A DNA stretch of 64,000 bases from Clostridia bacterium (GTDB lineage Bacteria; Bacillota; Clostridia; UBA1212; DUPL01), in assembly GCA_050951325.1 (NCBI GenBank), contig JBMNIW010000005.1, forward strand, positions 96,001-160,000, written 5' to 3'. A program made the position numbers and the translations under genes. A model generated the notes under the pieces. That model ran no database searches. It was not told the DNA's origin and saw only the letters and a list, made by a program, of their open reading frames with translations. This document shows, piece after piece, positions 63,880-64,000 of the stretch; the stretch's first letter is position 1; each line of letters begins with the position of its first letter.

Positions 63880-64000
63880 TAACATACACTAGTGGGCATG
63901 ATTCTATTGTACAGTGTTGTTAGTGTATTGGTGTCATTATATAATTTCTTTCAAACTTGGAGATTTGAAATTGAAATCTCCTGGTTTTTGTTTTAATGTA

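Overview
Core chromosomal segment of a low-GC, spore-forming Clostridia-class bacterium. The assignment rests on 16S signatures resembling Acetivibrionales/Oscillospirales and on SASP, cotJABC, ytfIJ and dacB/dacF homologs. The window holds about 55 CDS, one complete rrn operon (16S-tRNA-Ala-23S-5S-tRNA-Asn) and five more tRNAs (Trp, Pro-CGG, Pro-GGG, Thr, Tyr). I found no CRISPR array, integrase or transposase. Most notable observations: (1) a three-gene Tad/Flp minor-pilin cassette whose TadE-like protein ends in an apparently inactivated CdiA-CT (EC869-like) PD-(D/E)xK nuclease domain, a candidate pilus DNA receptor; (2) ftsK/spoIIIE split at an A9 run with a downstream hairpin (-1 recoding or sequencing error); (3) three more intact ORFs with lost catalytic motifs (Gnd-like, DacF-like, site-2 protease-like); (4) a coupled HAD/nucleosidase-like/SPL-like radical SAM/SDR/MBL operon; (5) paired Zn-ribbon ABC exporters flanking DUF1854; (6) an RNase HI-NudF fusion; (7) mtaBC methyltransferase genes; (8) an ORF-free structured region upstream of tRNA-Thr. 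All family calls come from motif recognition by eye; no database searches were run.
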